Source: a virus
Lineage: Duplodnaviria; Caudoviricetes
Reading direction: 5' to 3' (one strand)
Length of the DNA stretch: 64,000 bases
IMG/VR virus record: IMGVR_UViG_637000224_000001
Coordinates: 1-64,000 of that record
Below are positions 63,960 to 64,000 of this stretch, in pieces (position 1 is the stretch's first letter; the number at the start of each line of letters is the position of its first letter). Below the pieces are notes generated by a model. It had not been told where the DNA came from, made no database searches, and worked only from the letters and a program-made list of their open reading frames with translations. The translations under genes were made by a program, and so were the position numbers.

Positions 63960-64000
63960 TATTCAGCGTATCACGGGATAATAGCTGCCTTTTTTATCAG

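Larger units (their letters stand above)
60668..64000. mobile_element. Degenerate relic of a related prophage (continues beyond the window)
   Basis: Fragments homologous to 1440-1633, 4819-4875, 48942-49990 and 45669-45727, plus other phage early genes. Confidence 0.85.

Overview
Pseudomonas chromosomal window (gene repertoire suggests the P. syringae group; inference). After a host type IB topoisomerase gene (1-1071), a ~59.3-kb, apparently intact lambdoid siphovirus-type prophage is integrated in tRNA-Leu(TAA). The att core is an exact 71-bp direct repeat at 1268-1338 and 60597-60667. From left to right it carries: a LexA-boxed umuDC/SRAP cassette, an SGNH hydrolase, endolysin and spanins, a lambda-like tail, head and packaging genes, holin, Q/ninG/ninB, replication genes with iterons, cII/cro/cI with mapped operators, an early PL operon (RecT, YqaJ, two DNA methyltransferases, a PAPS-reductase family gene), xis and integrase. 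More than 15 accessory genes (morons) are inserted between core genes. The most notable are an Acb2-like anti-CBASS protein near an HslV/proteasome-beta-like peptidase, a candidate HEPN RNase, two DUF2971 (ART-like) genes flanking a methyltransferase, RhuM, and an unannotated 57-aa lipoprotein. The PL leader contains two large, hairpin-dense non-coding tracts. Right of the integrase-proximal att lies a relic of a related prophage, collapsed by deletions into a spliced mosaic, with an 8x8-bp tandem repeat in a frameshifted gene. All family assignments come from motif recognition, not database searches.
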